From Anaeromyxobacteraceae bacterium (GTDB lineage Bacteria > Myxococcota > Myxococcia > Myxococcales > Anaeromyxobacteraceae), in the NCBI GenBank assembly GCA_032654565.1, contig JAULAX010000009.1, positions 1-64,000 on the forward strand: DNA of 64,000 nucleotides. Reading direction: 5' to 3'. Shown here piece by piece: positions 1 through 8,170 of this stretch. The notes below the pieces were generated by a model. That model did not search any database. It was not told where the DNA came from and saw nothing but the letters and a program-made list of their open reading frames with translations. How positions within the stretch are numbered: position 1 is the stretch's first letter; each line of letters starts with the position of its first letter. Position numbers and translations under genes: made by a program.

Positions 1-20
1 GGGGGTGGCGCGGTACCGCG

Positions 21-1454
21 TCAGCGGCCCGTCTCCACCCTCCTCCTTTCAAACCGTGCGTGCGGATTTCCCGCACACGGCTTAGCGGTGGTCTTCTCGT
101 GCAGCATGCACGGCTTCGGATAGCGAACGGTCCCGCGCAGTCGGTGCAGTCCCAGGCCCCAGAGCCACTCCCGCGTCCAGGCATCGGCGCGGCCAGCGCG
201 TAGGTTACGCCCATGTCGCCGCACCATGAAGTGGTGAAGTTGACGGTGGACGTAGCCGTCGAGCTGGTTGAACTTCTTGGAAGCGTTTCCGGTGCGGAAG
301 TAGTTGCCCCAGCCGCGCAGCACGGGGTTCAGGTCGCCGATGATGAGTCGTACGTCCTTCACTCCGTTGCGGCTCCGATCCGTGAGGTCATGGATCTTCT
401 CCCGCACGCGCTTCATGCTCTTCGCCGAGGGCCACCGCTGGAGGTAGTACCAGCGGTTGCCTGTCTTCTCCAACAGGCGCCCCGACAGTCGCTTGTGCAG
501 GTGACAGCCCAGGAAGTCGAAGCCTTCCTGGCCGTCCGTGAGGTTCACCGTCCGCGTCTTCTCCGGGTGCAACGTGAGCTTCAACCGATCGAAGATGATG
601 CGCACCCTTCGCTCGGCCTCCTCGACCGCCTTCGGCGTCCTGCAGATGACGACGAAGTCGTCCGCGTAGCGCACCAGTGTGCCCACCCGGGCGCACTGCC
701 GCTCCCACACGGTGTCGAGGAGGTCCAGGTAGACGTTCGAGAGCAGCGGGGAGATCACCCCGCCCTGCGGCGTCCCCGAGACCGTCTCGGCGAGCCGCCC
801 CTCGTCCATCACCCCGGCCTCAAGCCACTTGCGCAGCAGCTTCAGCACCCGCCGGTCCGTGATCCTCCGCTCCACCCGCTGCATCAGGAGCATCCTGTCG
901 ATGCTCCCGAAGTAGTCGCGGATGTCTGCGTCGAGGACGTGGTTGCACCCGGTGTTCACCGTCTCCCGGATGGTCTCCAGCGCCTGCGTCGCGCTCCGGC
1001 GAGGCCGGAACCCGAACGACGAGACCTTGAAGCCGGCCTCGAAGATCGGCTCGATGACGAGCTTCATCGCCATCTGCGCAACGCGATCCTTCACCGTCGG
1101 TATGCCGAGCGGCCGCAGCTTCCCATCGGCCTTGGGAATCCAGCGCCGCAGGACGGGCGGCGGCTGGTAGGTACCTGCGTGGAGCTCGTCGCCCAGCTCC
1201 CGGAGGAGCCGATCGACGCCGTACTGCTCCACCGCCGAGAGCGTGATTCCATCCACGCCCGCAGCGCCCTTGTTGCGTCGGACGCGGCTCCACGCTTCCC
1301 ACAGGACGTCAAGCCTGTGGACTCGGTCATACAGCGCGTGGAACCGGCGCTCCCGATGCTGCTTGGCTGCTCCGTAGAGCTTGCGTTGGAGTCGTCGGAC
1401 TTTGTCGATGGGCGGTCGCCCACCGGGGTGGTTGGGTCCGGCGGTCCGGACCAT
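21..1454 (-). CDS. ltrA: Group II intron reverse transcriptase/maturase (no endonuclease domain)
   Basis: RT motifs KGAAGVDG, RPLGIPTVKDR, GTPQGGVISPLLSN, YADD; domain X LRGWGNYF; start taken at MVRTAG (1454), though the frame stays open to 2015. Confidence 0.95.
   Translation of the reverse strand: MVRTAGPNHPGGRPPIDKVRRLQRKLYGAAKQHRERRFHALYDRVHRLDVLWEAWSRVRRNKGAAGVDGITLSAVEQYGVDRLLRELGDELHAGTYQPPPVLRRWIPKADGKLRPLGIPTVKDRVAQMAMKLVIEPIFEAGFKVSSFGFRPRRSATQALETIRETVNTGCNHVLDADIRDYFGSIDRMLLMQRVERRITDRRVLKLLRKWLEAGVMDEGRLAETVSGTPQGGVISPLLSNVYLDLLDTVWERQCARVGTLVRYADDFVVICRTPKAVEEAERRVRIIFDRLKLTLHPEKTRTVNLTDGQEGFDFLGCHLHKRLSGRLLEKTGNRWYYLQRWPSAKSMKRVREKIHDLTDRSRNGVKDVRLIIGDLNPVLRGWGNYFRTGNASKKFNQLDGYVHRQLHHFMVRRHGRNLRAGRADAWTREWLWGLGLHRLRGTVRYPKPCMLHEKTTAKPCAGNPHARFERRRVETGR
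51..83 (-). ncRNA. Group II intron catalytic domain V
   Basis: AAGCCGTGTGCGGGAAATCCGCACGCACGGTTT: AGC triad, GAAA-type loop, hairpin with 2-nt bulge. Confidence 0.92.
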
Positions 1455-2024
1455 GCCCTCGCCCTTACCTCTTCCGCCAGCGTGACCAGAGCAGGGGCCC
1501 TTCCCTCCGGCGGCGTTCTTCTTCACCGCCATCAGCGGTACTACGGCCCCCTCGGACTCCCGCTGCGCTCCGCCCGCTTTCGCACTCGGCTTATACGGTC
1601 GGTCTTTGCCGGACGTCGGCTGCGCAGACGGGTCTCTCGTGTTCCGTACCTCTCCTTCAGCGCGTGCTGCTCCCCATACCCCGCCGAGACCTCCCGCCCA
1701 ACCGGATTCACGGGCGCGAGACATGGCCTTCGCCGCGACATGCTCGGCTCGGCTCTCGGATTGTTTATCTGACGAGGCGGCAGGCTTCACTTGATGTTGC
1801 GGCCCGCGCTGTTGCTCCCCTCCCACGGCTTTCGCCATTGAGGGCTTTCGACACCGCGCTTCGCCCTTCGGCCTCTCGACCTCGGGCGGCGGTCTGCTAC
1901 CGGGCTCTCCGGCGATTACCCGGACGGGACTCTCACCCGCTGGAGTTGCACAGCAAGGCTCGGCTCCGTTGGCCGCTTGCGCGACTTCCTCGGCTTTGCC
2001 GTCACGACGCACCATGGAGTGAAC

Positions 2025-4589
2025 CTAGCGCCGACCGCGCCCGCCGCCCCGGCCACCACCGCCGCGCCCGGACTTGCCGCCCCCGGCGCCGCCCCCCTTG
2101 CCGCCGCGCCCCGACTTCCCTCCCTTGGAGCCGCCGCCCGGCTTGCCGCCCCCCGACCCCTTGGGCGCGGCGCCACGACCGCCCCCGCCGCCCGGGCGAC
2201 CGGAGGGCCTCCCGCCACCGCCACCCGCCGAGCCGCCGCGGGCGCCGCGCGGGCCGCCGTCGAGCAGCCGCTTCCGCCCCGGCGGGCGGGTCCCGCCCGC
2301 CATCCCCGGGTCGGCCTTGGGCAGCTCCGAGACCAGCGCCAGGTCGATGCGCCGCCGCTCGATGCTGACGTCGGCCACCTGCACCTCGACCGGGTCGCCG
2401 ACGCGGAAGGCCCGGCCGGTGCCGTGGTCCACCAGCGCGTGGTGGACCGGGTCGAGGTCGAACTGGCCGGAGAGCGTCTCGGCCCGCACCAGGCCCTCGA
2501 CGAAGAACGGGGTGAGCTCGACGAAGAGCCCGGGCTCGGCCACCGCCGCCACGGTCCCGGGGTAGCGCTCCCCCACCTTGTCCTTCATGAAGAGGGCCGC
2601 GTAGTAGGAGGCGATCTCACGCTCCGCCTCCATGGCCGCCCGCTCCCGCTCGCTGGAGCGCGAGGCCAGCTCGGCCAGCTCCTCGACGCTGGTCTGCTTG
2701 CCGGCCGGCCCGTCGCGCCGGGCCCACTCCTCGCGGAGCCGCCGGTGGACCACCAGGTCGGGGTAGCGACGGATGGGCGAGGTGAAGTGCAGGTAGTGGT
2801 CGGCGGCCAGGCCGAAGTGCCCCTCGTCCTCGGGCGAGTAGACCGCCTGCATCATGGCGCGCAGCAGCAGCTGGTTGAGGGCCCGCTGCTGCGGGTGCCC
2901 CTCCAGCCGCTTGAGCAGGTCGTCGAGCGCCCGCGGGTCGAGGCTGCCGGCCGGCACCGCGAAGCCGTGGGCCCCGGCCAGCTCCAGGAAGGCCTGCAGC
3001 TTGGTGTCGTCGGGGGTGCCGTGGATCCGGTAGATGGTGGGCAGCTCGCGCGAGGAGAACCAGAGCGCCACCGCCTCGTTGGCGGCCAGCATGAACTCCT
3101 CGACGATGCGGTGGGCCCGGTTGCGCGGCCGCTTCTCGATGCCGGCGACGTGGCCGGCCTCGTCGACCAGGATCTTGGCCTCGGGGAGGTCGAAGTCGAT
3201 GGCCCCGCGCCGCCGCCGCATGGCGGTGAGCTGCTCCTGCAGCTCGCCCATCAGCGTGAACTGGGGGCGGAAGCGCTCCCGGTGGGGGACCGCCTTGCCG
3301 TCGAGCACCTCGGCCACCTCGGTGTAGGTGCAGCGGGCGGCGCTCTTCATCACCGCCTGGTAGACCTCCACGCCCATGGGCTCGCCGCGCCGGCCGATGG
3401 TCATGTCGGCCACCATGCAGAGCCGCTCCACGTCGGGCATCAGCGAGCAGATGCCGTTGCTGAGCCGCTCCGGCAGCATGGGGAGCACCTGCATGGGGAA
3501 GTAGACGCTGGTGCCGCGCCGCAGCGCCTCCTCGTCGAGCGCGGCGCCGAGCCGCACGTAGTGTGAGACGTCGGCGATGGCCACCACCAGGCGCCAGGCG
3601 GCGCCGCCCTTCCCCTCCGGCAGCCGCGCGAGGTAGACGGCGTCGTCGAAGTCGCGGGCGTCCTCGCCGTCGATGGTGACCAGCGGCAGCGCCGTCAGGT
3701 CGCGGCGGCCCGCCTTGTCCTCGGGGCGGACGTGGTCGGGGACCCGGGCCGCCTCGGCCAGCACCGCCTCGGGGAAGACGTCGGCGAACCCCTTGGCGTA
3801 GGCCACCCCCAGCACCTCGACGCGCGGCTCGCCGGGCCGGCCGATCACCTCGACCACCACGCCCTCCAGCGGGCCGGTGCCGGGCGCCAGCTGCACCTTC
3901 ACCACGTCGCCGTCGGTGGCCAGCGCCGAGTCGGCCACCGGCACCTCCCAGCCGAGGCTGACGTCGGCGGGCGCCACCGAGGCGCCGCGACGGCCGGCGC
4001 GGTAGGTGCCGATGAGGAAGCGGCGGCGCCGCTCCACCACCTCGAGCAGGCGGCCGGCCGAGCGGCCACCCCGCCCCGCCACCACCTCCACGCGCACCAC
4101 GTCGCCGTCGAGGGCCCGGGTGGCCTCGCCGGGGGGCAGGAAGATGTCCTCGCCGCTCCGGTCGAGCCGGGCCACGAAGCCGAAGCCGTCGCGGTGGCGG
4201 GTCAGGGTGCCGAGCACCCCGCCGCCCCGCCCGCCGTCACCACCACCTCGGCCGCCGCTGCCGGCGCCGTCACCACCACCTCGGCCGCCGCTCCCGGCGC
4301 CGGCACCGCCGCCGCGGCCGCCTCGCCCGCCGGACGGCGAGCCCGAACGGCCCGGCCCACCCGCGGCCGGCCTCATCGGGGCCGCCTCGGCCACGGCGTA
4401 GCGCTTCCCCTCGCGGGTGGCCACACCGTCCTTCACCAGGTCCCGCAGGATCCGCTTGGCGTCGGTCTGGTCGCTGTCGTGGAGCCCGGCCCGCTGCAGC
4501 AGCTCGCTGACGCCGGCGGGACGGCCGGCGGCGCGGAGGGCGGAGAGGAGCGCATCCTGGCGGCGCTCACGCCTCTTCTGGTCATTCAT
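2025..4589 (-). CDS. rnr: Ribonuclease R
   Basis: Cold-shock domains (HRDGFGFV), RNB catalytic TIDGEDARDFDDA, HFTSPIRRYPDL, S1 domain, Gly/Arg/Lys-rich tail. Confidence 0.95.
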   Translation of the reverse strand: MNDQKRRERRQDALLSALRAAGRPAGVSELLQRAGLHDSDQTDAKRILRDLVKDGVATREGKRYAVAEAAPMRPAAGGPGRSGSPSGGRGGRGGGAGAGSGGRGGGDGAGSGGRGGGDGGRGGGVLGTLTRHRDGFGFVARLDRSGEDIFLPPGEATRALDGDVVRVEVVAGRGGRSAGRLLEVVERRRRFLIGTYRAGRRGASVAPADVSLGWEVPVADSALATDGDVVKVQLAPGTGPLEGVVVEVIGRPGEPRVEVLGVAYAKGFADVFPEAVLAEAARVPDHVRPEDKAGRRDLTALPLVTIDGEDARDFDDAVYLARLPEGKGGAAWRLVVAIADVSHYVRLGAALDEEALRRGTSVYFPMQVLPMLPERLSNGICSLMPDVERLCMVADMTIGRRGEPMGVEVYQAVMKSAARCTYTEVAEVLDGKAVPHRERFRPQFTLMGELQEQLTAMRRRRGAIDFDLPEAKILVDEAGHVAGIEKRPRNRAHRIVEEFMLAANEAVALWFSSRELPTIYRIHGTPDDTKLQAFLELAGAHGFAVPAGSLDPRALDDLLKRLEGHPQQRALNQLLLRAMMQAVYSPEDEGHFGLAADHYLHFTSPIRRYPDLVVHRRLREEWARRDGPAGKQTSVEELAELASRSSERERAAMEAEREIASYYAALFMKDKVGERYPGTVAAVAEPGLFVELTPFFVEGLVRAETLSGQFDLDPVHHALVDHGTGRAFRVGDPVEVQVADVSIERRRIDLALVSELPKADPGMAGGTRPPGRKRLLDGGPRGARGGSAGGGGGRPSGRPGGGGGRGAAPKGSGGGKPGGGSKGGKSGRGGKGGGAGGGKSGRGGGGRGGGRGRR
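4232..4292. repeat. Tandem duplication, 33-bp period (28 bp identical), in the rnr linker
   Basis: CGCCGTCACCACCACCTCGGCCGCCGCT at 4232-4259 and 4265-4292, encoding SGGRGGGDG twice. Confidence 0.9.
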
Positions 4590-4650
4590 TCGTTGGCGCG
4601 CATTCTACACGCTCACCGCACCGGGAGCGACGGCGCCCCCCGCCGGTGTT

Positions 4651-5922
4651 ATGAGTCCACGGGTGATCACCCCGGCGGAGGCCCTCGATCGCATCCTCGC
4701 CCAGGCCCGGCGGCTCGCCCCGCTGGGGGCGGAGCGGGTGGTGCTGGCCGAGGCGGCCGGGCGGGCGCTGGCGGCGCCGCTGCGAGCGCGCGCGCCGCTC
4801 CCCCCCTTCGCCGCCGCCTCCATGGACGGCTTCGCCTGCCGCGCCGCCGACCTGCCCGGCCCCGGGGGACGGCTCGAGGTCGCCGGCACGGTGGCGGCCG
4901 GCCACCCCTGGCCCGGCTCGCTGCGCCGCGGTGCCTGCCTGCGCATCTTCACCGGCGCGCCCCTGCCGCGCGGCGCCGACGCCGTCGAGATGCAGGAGCG
5001 GGTCACCGTGGACGGCGGCCGGGCCCGCTTCGAGCGGGCCGGCGAGGTGGGGCGCTTCGTGCGGCCCGCCGGCAGCGACGTGGCCCGCGGGGCCGTGGCC
5101 TTGCCGGCCGGGACCCGGCTCGACCCCGGCGCCATCGGGCTGGCGGCGGCGCTCGGCCTGGCCAGGGTGGCGGTGGTGCGGCGGCCGGCGGTGGCCATCC
5201 TCGGCACCGGCGACGAGCTGGTGCCGCTGGGGCGCCGGCCCGGGGCCGGACAGCTGGTCGAGTCGAACGCCCACGCCCTGGCCGCGGCGGTGCGCGAGGC
5301 CGGCGGCGAGCCGCGCCTGCTGGGGATCGCCCCCGACCGCCCCGCGCCGCTGCGCCGGGCCATCGCCCGGGCCCGCGGCGCCGACCTGCTGCTGACCATC
5401 GGCGGCGTCTCGGTGGGCGAGGCCGACCTGGTGCGGGCCGCCCTGGCCGAGGCGGGCGTGGCCATCGACTTCTGGAGGGTGGCGATGCGGCCGGGCAAGC
5501 CCATCCTCTTCGGGCGCCTCGGCCGGACCCTGGTCTTCGGCCTGCCGGGCAACCCGGCCAGCGCCCTGTTCGGCTTCGAGCTGCTGGTGCGCCCGGCCGT
5601 GCGGGCGCTGGCGGGGCTGCCGGGCTCCGGGCGGGTGGTGATCCGCGCCCGGCTGGACGCCGCCCAGGAGAAGCCGCCCGGGCTGGCCGTCTACCTGCGC
5701 TCCGGCGTGGTCTCCCGCCGGGGCGAGCCCTGGGTGGTGCCGCTGCCCACCCAGACCAGCGGCGACCTGACCTCGGCCGCCGCGGTCGGGGCCCTGGCGC
5801 TGCTCCCGGCGGGGCGCACCCGCCTGCCGCGGGGCGCCTGGGTCGAGACCCTCCTGCTCGGGCCCGTCGACGACGGCGGGGTGGGGTCGGGGCGCGCGTA
5901 CGGTGGGTCCTGCGACCAGTAG
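4651..5922 (+). CDS. moeA: Molybdopterin molybdenumtransferase
   Basis: SMDGFA, RIFTGAPLP-GADAV, TGDEL, GGVSVG, MRPGKP, GLPGNP motifs; start could instead be GTG 4663. Confidence 0.93.
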   Translation: MSPRVITPAEALDRILAQARRLAPLGAERVVLAEAAGRALAAPLRARAPLPPFAAASMDGFACRAADLPGPGGRLEVAGTVAAGHPWPGSLRRGACLRIFTGAPLPRGADAVEMQERVTVDGGRARFERAGEVGRFVRPAGSDVARGAVALPAGTRLDPGAIGLAAALGLARVAVVRRPAVAILGTGDELVPLGRRPGAGQLVESNAHALAAAVREAGGEPRLLGIAPDRPAPLRRAIARARGADLLLTIGGVSVGEADLVRAALAEAGVAIDFWRVAMRPGKPILFGRLGRTLVFGLPGNPASALFGFELLVRPAVRALAGLPGSGRVVIRARLDAAQEKPPGLAVYLRSGVVSRRGEPWVVPLPTQTSGDLTSAAAVGALALLPAGRTRLPRGAWVETLLLGPVDDGGVGSGRAYGGSCDQ

Positions 5923-6102
5923 TCGCGGTCAGCTGGTCGCACCCCGTTCGGTTCGATTCACTTGAAGTGTCATGCGCGATCCGGCTCACTCCATCGTGGG
6001 ACAGCATTCGTCCGCTCGAAGTGCTATTTCCCTCAGTGCGGGTGGCCTGGAGGGCAGGCCCCGCGCCGCAGTCCGCCACCGTTCGACCAGGAGCACCACA
6101 CC

Positions 6103-6309
6103 ATGGCCAGTCTCGCTGACAAGTTCTCCGACAACCTCAAGGCCGAGCGGGTCCGCCGCAAGCTCTCGCAGGAGGCGCTGGCCCACAAGGCGGGGCTCTC
6201 GGTCTCGTACATCTCCATGCTGGAGCGCGGGCAGCGCACCCCGCCGCTGGAGACGCTGGAGACCCTGGCCAAGGCCCTCTCCGTCAACCCGCTCCACCTG
6301 CTCGGCTAG
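6103..6309 (+). CDS. XRE-family helix-turn-helix regulator (68 aa)
   Basis: LSQEALAHKAGLSVSYISMLERGQRTP HTH_3 signature; AGGAG RBS upstream. Confidence 0.9.
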   Translation: MASLADKFSDNLKAERVRRKLSQEALAHKAGLSVSYISMLERGQRTPPLETLETLAKALSVNPLHLLG

Positions 6310-6408
6310 GGCGCGAGGAAAGGCCGGCGGCGCGCCGCCAGGCGTGCAACGCCGGCCCGGATCGACTATCTTTTCGCGTCCACTCAACACGACGACGCGA
6401 GGCGGCGC

Positions 6409-6678
6409 ATGGCGCGGATGGTGATGTGCAAGAAGCTCGGCCGGGAGCTCCCGGCCATGACGTTCAAGCCGTTCCCCAACGAGCTGGGGCAGCGGGTCTT
6501 CGACCAGATCTCCCAGGAGGCCTGGAAGATGTGGCTCGAGCACTTCAAGATGATCATGAACGAGTACCGGCTCTCGCCGGCGGATCCGCGCACCCCCCAG
6601 ATCCTCTACGGGCAGTGCGAGCAGTTCTTCTTCGGCCCCGGCGCCGACGCGCCCCCGGAGTTCAAGCCGCAGGGGTGA
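6409..6678 (+). CDS. yggX: Fe(II)-trafficking / oxidative damage protection protein
   Basis: [11 protein letters not shown]...[25 protein letters not shown]...MIMNEYRL matches the YggX pattern. Confidence 0.9.
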   Translation: MARMVMCKKLGRELPAMTFKPFPNELGQRVFDQISQEAWKMWLEHFKMIMNEYRLSPADPRTPQILYGQCEQFFFGPGADAPPEFKPQG

Positions 6679-6695
6679 CGGGCGGCGGGACCCAG

Positions 6696-6740
6696 GAAAT
6701 GAGACGGGCGGCCAGGTGACTGGCCGCCCGCGTTCATTTC
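6696..6740. terminator. Hairpin between convergent yggX and tRNA-Ala, probably a bidirectional terminator
   Basis: 11-bp stem CGGGCGGCCAG-GTGA-CTGGCCGCCCG extended by GAAATGA/TCATTTC. Confidence 0.7.
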
Positions 6741-6743
6741 AGA

Positions 6744-6819
6744 TGGTGGACCCGACCGGGATCGAACCGGTGACCTCCTGAATGCCATTCAGGCGCGCTC
6801 CCAGCTGCGCCACGAGCCC
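6744..6819 (-). tRNA. tRNA-Ala (GGC)
   Basis: 76-nt cloverleaf GGGCTCG...GGTTCGATCCC...CCA; anticodon arm CCTGA-ATGGCAT-TCAGG; G3:U70 alanine determinant. Confidence 0.97.
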
Positions 6820-6854
6820 AAGGTCTTTGTTCCCCCCGACTGCAGGGAGGGCGG

Positions 6855-6884
6855 TTATTAGCGCGCTCTCGCCAGTCCCGTCAA
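6855..6884 (-). promoter_or_regulatory. Putative sigma70 promoter of tRNA-Ala
   Basis: TTGACG-N18-TAATAA followed by GC-rich discriminator CCGCCC, about 35 nt upstream of the tRNA. Confidence 0.55.
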
Positions 6885-7042
6885 GCCCGTTCGTGGCCGG
6901 CGCCCGGCCGGCCCGGGAGGTGTCGACGGCCGGCGTCACCGAAGTGTCCCTCCACGGCACGCCGCTCGACGCCACGCCCGGGTCGTGGGCAAACTCCCAG
7001 CGACCCCGGACGGTTGACCGCCTGGCCTGCCGGGGGGCCGGC

Positions 7043-7058
7043 TGGCATCGGGGTTGCT
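7043..7058 (+). promoter_or_regulatory. Sigma54 (-24/-12) promoter
   Basis: TGGCATCGGGGTTGCT with GG and GC exactly 12 nt apart, followed by GGAGG RBS and ATG 7084. Confidence 0.7.
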
Positions 7059-7083
7059 CTCTGGAGGCCGCGGAGGTCTGACC

Positions 7084-8016
7084 ATGCGCATCACCCTCGT
7101 CTCGCTCGCCCTGCTCCTCGCCGCGCCAGCGCCCGCCCTCGCCCAGGACAGGACCCGCCCGCCGCCGCCCCCGTCGCCCGCGGCGGCCCCCCGCCCCGAG
7201 CCGTCGCCGTCGGCCGCCAGCCAGGCCACCCGGCCGCCGCCGCCCCCGCTCACCGACGCCTCGCCGCCGCCCCGGCCGCCGCCCCCGCCGGAGCCGGGCC
7301 GCCCGCCGCCGCCTCCCCCCGGTCCAACCTACGGTCCGGGCGGGTGGGGCTCGCCGCCGCCCGTCTACTACCCGGCGCCGCTCTGGTGGGGGTACGGCTG
7401 GGGCTGGGGCTACTACCCGATCGCCTCCGACCCGCCCTCCTCCGAGCACGCCGAGCCGATGCGGCGTCATCGCCCGCTCAGCACCACCATGCGGGCCACC
7501 GCCGCCTTCGGGCCGCGCGAGTCCGGCGCCGCCGGCATGGCCCTCTCCGGCGACGGGCCCCGCGGGGGCTTCAACGTGTCGTACGACGTCTTCGACCCGA
7601 GCCGGGGCGGCATCACCCAGGGCGGCCTGGTCACCTCCGCCACCTCCTCCGGCTTCGGCTCGGCCCACTTCACCTACCCGGTCCTCCGCAGCGCCGCCTT
7701 CCTGCTGCGGCTGGAGGCGGGCGGATCGTGGCTGACCGTGCCCACCGGGCTCTCCGGCGGCTCCGCCGACGCCGTCGGCTTCGACGCCGGCGTGTCCGGC
7801 CACCTGGGGATCATCGGCCCGCTCGGCGTGGAGGGGCACGCGCGGATCACCCCCTACCCGGTCCAGGTCGTCGACCTGCGGGCGGCGGCGGCGCTCCGGG
7901 GGGGGCCGTTCTCCTTCACCTTCGGCTACCGGGTCATCGACCTCGAGGCCGATTCACGCACCGGGCCGGCGGCCCGCTTCGAGGGGCCGGAGATCGGCTT
8001 CGGGCTGATCTTCTGA
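7084..8016 (+). CDS. Secreted Pro-rich protein with probable C-terminal outer-membrane beta-barrel
   Basis: Signal peptide MRITLVSLALLLAAPAPALA, Pro-rich linker, YGWGWGYY motif, alternating beta-strands, terminal Phe. Confidence 0.7.
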   Translation: MRITLVSLALLLAAPAPALAQDRTRPPPPPSPAAAPRPEPSPSAASQATRPPPPPLTDASPPPRPPPPPEPGRPPPPPPGPTYGPGGWGSPPPVYYPAPLWWGYGWGWGYYPIASDPPSSEHAEPMRRHRPLSTTMRATAAFGPRESGAAGMALSGDGPRGGFNVSYDVFDPSRGGITQGGLVTSATSSGFGSAHFTYPVLRSAAFLLRLEAGGSWLTVPTGLSGGSADAVGFDAGVSGHLGIIGPLGVEGHARITPYPVQVVDLRAAAALRGGPFSFTFGYRVIDLEADSRTGPAARFEGPEIGFGLIF

Positions 8017-8124
8017 CTACTTCTTGCTGGCCTTCTTGGCGGCGGCCTGGCGGAGCTTGCGCGCCTTCCACTGCTGGCGGCGGCGGGACTTCATGCGGAT
8101 GTGCTTGCTCTTCGAGTTGGCCAT
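8017..8124 (-). CDS. Small highly basic protein, 35 aa (MANSKSKHIRMKSRRRQQWKARKLRQAAAKKASKK)
   Basis: GAGGAG RBS 5 nt before ATG, nearly all codons end in G/C, fills the gap exactly to the convergent stop; too short for the ORF track. Confidence 0.8.
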   Translation of the reverse strand: MANSKSKHIRMKSRRRQQWKARKLRQAAAKKASKK

Positions 8125-8170
8125 GCGTTCTCCTCGGTGGACCTGGGTCCGGGAATTCGGGGGGCCATAC

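Larger units (their letters stand above)
1..2012 (-). mobile_element. Group II intron (retroelement); 3' end lies just outside the window start
   Basis: Minus-strand 5' end GTGCG at 2012-2008; canonical domain V at 83-51; domain VI-like stem GGGTGG...CCACCC running off position 1; internal RT/maturase ORF. Confidence 0.93.

Noticed and set aside
213..1772. 519-aa plus-strand ORF antisense to the intron RT
   Set aside because: Shadow ORF in the mirror frame of a high-GC gene; no recognisable motifs.
6744..6819. tRNA-Ala as a prophage or island integration site
   Set aside because: No integrase and no duplicated tRNA 3' end seen; neighbours are ordinary genes.
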